Under the pieces are notes generated by a model. The model was given only the letters and a program-made list of their open reading frames with translations. It did not search any database and had not been told where the DNA came from. A stretch of 26,231 nt of DNA from Candidatus Omnitrophota bacterium (GTDB taxonomy: Bacteria > Omnitrophota > Gorgyraeia > JAFGGP01), in NCBI GenBank assembly GCA_016930485.1, contig JAFGGP010000027.1, positions 1-26,231 of the forward strand, in the 5' to 3' direction. The position numbers were made by a program, and so were the translations under genes. Shown one piece after another: positions 24,333 through 26,231 of this stretch (the stretch's first letter is position 1; each line of letters opens with the position of its first letter).

Positions 24333-25783
24333 CTGCCGGAATCTGGAGCGTAATTGTAGTGTTGTATCATGTGTATCTTATCCTGACGATTATTTATCTC
24401 TTGCTTGATAATCGGGAAACGGCGGCGACATTTGCTTGGATATTTATCCTCATCGCATTTCCTGTTGCCGGGCTCATCATTTATCTCTTGATCGGCCGCA
24501 ACCGGCGCAAATCGCAGAAGCACAGGAGATACCAGCAGCACGTTAACGAACAGTCAAATGTCCATCTGAAAGAGTACATCGAAGAGCAGAACCAAAATCT
24601 GAAAAAACTTTCCGCCCGGGCAGGGTTTCCTGCCAGGAAAAAACTATTCGAGCTTTTATATAAGAACTCCAATTCCTTATTAACGACGGAGAATACGATA
24701 CAGTTATTTTACTGCGGTGAGGATCAGTTTGACGCCTTAATCCATGACTTAAAGAATGCAAAGAAATTCATTCATATGGAGTATTTTATCTGGCGCAGTG
24801 ACGACCTCACCGAAGAAATTAAAAAAATATTAATTCAGAAGAGAAAAGAGGGGGTTGAAGTAAGGATTCTGTATGACATTATCGGCAGCCTGCAGTTAAA
24901 AAAGAAATATATAAGGGAACTGCGCAGGAATGGCATCAGTATTTATCCGTACGACAACCCGCACCCCTTCATTTCACTACACTCTCTCAACTATCGAAAT
25001 CATCGCAAGATTGCCGTTATCGATGGACGTGTTGCCTATGCCGGCGGCATGAATATGGGGCAAGAATATATCTCGGGAGGAAAACGGTTCGAGTCCTGGA
25101 GGGATACCCATGCCCGCATTGAAGGCGATGCCATTTCTATCTTTCAATCCATTTTTGTCACCACCTGGCATAATACCACACGCGAGAAGCTGGTTGGCGA
25201 TGAGTATTTCCCGAAAAATAATACGATCAACAACTATTTACCCGTTCAGGTAACGGCATCAGGCCCCGACTCCCAGTGGAGTTCCATCGAACAGCTGTAT
25301 TTCAATCTTATTAACTCGGCCCAACGATGCATTTCTATACAGTCACCCTATTTTATACCCACCGACAGTATTTACAGGTCGCTGCTTTCCGCCGCATTGA
25401 GCGGAATCGAGTTGAGGATTATGATGACGGGCCGGCCTGACCGCCTTTTGCCGTTCTGGTCAGCCTTTTCGTTCTTTGAGCCGCTCCTGGAGGCCGGGGT
25501 AAAGATATATCACTATCAAAAAGGTTTTATGCACGCCAAGACTATTATTGTCGATCGCGAAATCGCGTCGGTCGGGACCGCGAATATGGACATCAGAAGT
25601 TTTCACCTGAATTACGAAGTCAATATGCTGCTATACGACGCGGCTATCGCGGAGAATCTGGAAGGGCAATTCTATAAAGACCTGGAATACTGTACCGAAA
25701 TAACGCTGGAAAAATATCGCCGCATAGGGCTGCTAAAGCAGTTTCGCAATTCTATCGCCAGGCTTTTTGCTCCGATTATGTAA
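24329..25783 (+). CDS. cls: cardiolipin synthase, ClsA type (two N-terminal TM helices, two HKD motifs)
   Basis: TM helices IWSVIVVLYHVYLILTIIYLLL and FAWIFILIAFPVAGLIIYLLIG. HKD-1 is HRKIAVIDGRVAYAGGMNMGQEY. HKD-2 is HAKTIIVDREIASVGTANMDIRSF. Confidence 0.88.
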   Translation: MTAGIWSVIVVLYHVYLILTIIYLLLDNRETAATFAWIFILIAFPVAGLIIYLLIGRNRRKSQKHRRYQQHVNEQSNVHLKEYIEEQNQNLKKLSARAGFPARKKLFELLYKNSNSLLTTENTIQLFYCGEDQFDALIHDLKNAKKFIHMEYFIWRSDDLTEEIKKILIQKRKEGVEVRILYDIIGSLQLKKKYIRELRRNGISIYPYDNPHPFISLHSLNYRNHRKIAVIDGRVAYAGGMNMGQEYISGGKRFESWRDTHARIEGDAISIFQSIFVTTWHNTTREKLVGDEYFPKNNTINNYLPVQVTASGPDSQWSSIEQLYFNLINSAQRCISIQSPYFIPTDSIYRSLLSAALSGIELRIMMTGRPDRLLPFWSAFSFFEPLLEAGVKIYHYQKGFMHAKTIIVDREIASVGTANMDIRSFHLNYEVNMLLYDAAIAENLEGQFYKDLEYCTEITLEKYRRIGLLKQFRNSIARLFAPIM

Positions 25784-25837
25784 GATTTCTTAAATAACCG
25801 TAGCTATTTTACATGGTTCAATGAGGAGTGAGACATT

Positions 25838-26231
25838 ATGCGAAAAAAAGGGTATGTGATTTTCGGATTCATCGTCGTTTTGCTGACAGGGTGTTCGTCC
25901 CGAAAGGATATCACGTCTTTGACATTCTCGGGAACGCTGGAGATAGAGGAGCATTCGCTCGGTGCGCCGGTTTCAGGCAGAATAAAAGACATATTGGTCG
26001 AGGAAGGACAGGGTGTTAAAGCCGGCCAGCCGATTGCGTTTCTCGAGCATTATGAGCAGGCTAAAAGGGATTTTGAGCGATCCGAGGCCCTGCTGGATTC
26101 CGGAGGAGTCAGCAGGGAGCAGTATGAGCATGACAGGCAGACGATGGATGACCAGCAGATTCTTTCGCCTATTGACGGAGTCGTTCTTCTTAAAGTCAGA
26201 GAGAGCGGGGAGGTTGTCGCTGCGGGGGCGC
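25838..26231 (+). CDS. membrane-fusion / HlyD-family efflux adaptor lipoprotein, 5' partial (runs off the window)
   Basis: Lipobox VVLLTGCSS. Biotin-lipoyl-like hairpin LEIEEHSLGAPVSGRIKDILVEEGQGVKAGQPIAFLE ... ILSPIDGVV. SD GAGGAGTG precedes the ATG at 25838. It is absent from the ORF track because no stop lies in the window. Confidence 0.75.
   Translation, partial: MRKKGYVIFGFIVVLLTGCSSRKDITSLTFSGTLEIEEHSLGAPVSGRIKDILVEEGQGVKAGQPIAFLEHYEQAKRDFERSEALLDSGGVSREQYEHDRQTMDDQQILSPIDGVVLLKVRESGEVVAAGA

Noticed and set aside
25828-26019. 63-aa ORF-track entry at the 3' end
   Set aside because: It is in the wrong frame. The real gene is the HlyD-like lipoprotein starting at 25838 in frame 2, which runs off the window.
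1-26231. CRISPR arrays, IS/transposase genes, integrases, tRNA/rRNA genes
   Set aside because: I searched by eye for regular direct repeats with spacers, DDE or tyrosine-recombinase motifs, and tRNA-like cloverleaf segments. I found none. The only tandem repeat is the 7-mer tract at 1781-1829.

Overview
This 26.2-kb window looks chromosomal and is gene-dense. I call 25 protein-coding genes plus one disrupted gene, and all but one are on the + strand. I found no rRNA, tRNA, CRISPR array, IS element or transposase.

Genes in order:
- a possible Mn2+ riboswitch-like leader followed by a small UPF0016/GDT1-family membrane protein
- a secreted coiled-coil protein with a retropepsin-like aspartyl protease domain
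- a 7-nt tandem repeat
- a class I SAM methyltransferase
- a band-7/SPFH gene disrupted by an in-frame TAG and by a +1 frameshift in a G7 homopolymer
- a class II CPD photolyase
- an exported MsrB
- an L-lactate dehydrogenase
- a bidirectional terminator
- a phosphofructokinase with PPi-type signature residues, on the minus strand
- an 864-aa protein that joins a KaiC-like domain lacking a P-loop to a PPDK_N-type ATP-binding domain
- a standalone GMP-synthase ATP-pyrophosphatase subunit (GuaA subunit-B type)
- a structured intergenic RNA or DNA element
- TrpB2
- Tpx
- a CPA2 cation/proton antiporter fused to a PTS EIIA-2 domain
- a second PFK-A paralog with a structured purine-rich leader
- an apparently lipid-related block: a secreted two-HKD PLD/ClsC-like enzyme, a B12-binding radical SAM protein with a Trp-rich C-terminal tail, a Ub-Mut7C protein (beta-grasp plus PIN-like nuclease plus zinc ribbon), a GNAT, a PIG-L/LmbE-type deacetylase with a 200-aa C-terminal extension, a metallophosphoesterase, and a ClsA-type cardiolipin synthase
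- the 5' end of a lipoprotein membrane-fusion (HlyD-family) protein

The two loci I would follow up first as candidates for a previously undescribed system:
1. the pseudo-KaiC/PPDK_N protein and the orphan PP-loop GuaA-like subunit (7962..11567)
2. the PLD, B12 radical SAM, Ub-Mut7C, GNAT, PIG-L, metallophosphoesterase and Cls block (17030..25783), which reads like a membrane-lipid head-group or chain-modification cluster

All domain calls rest on motifs I read in the translations. I ran no database search.
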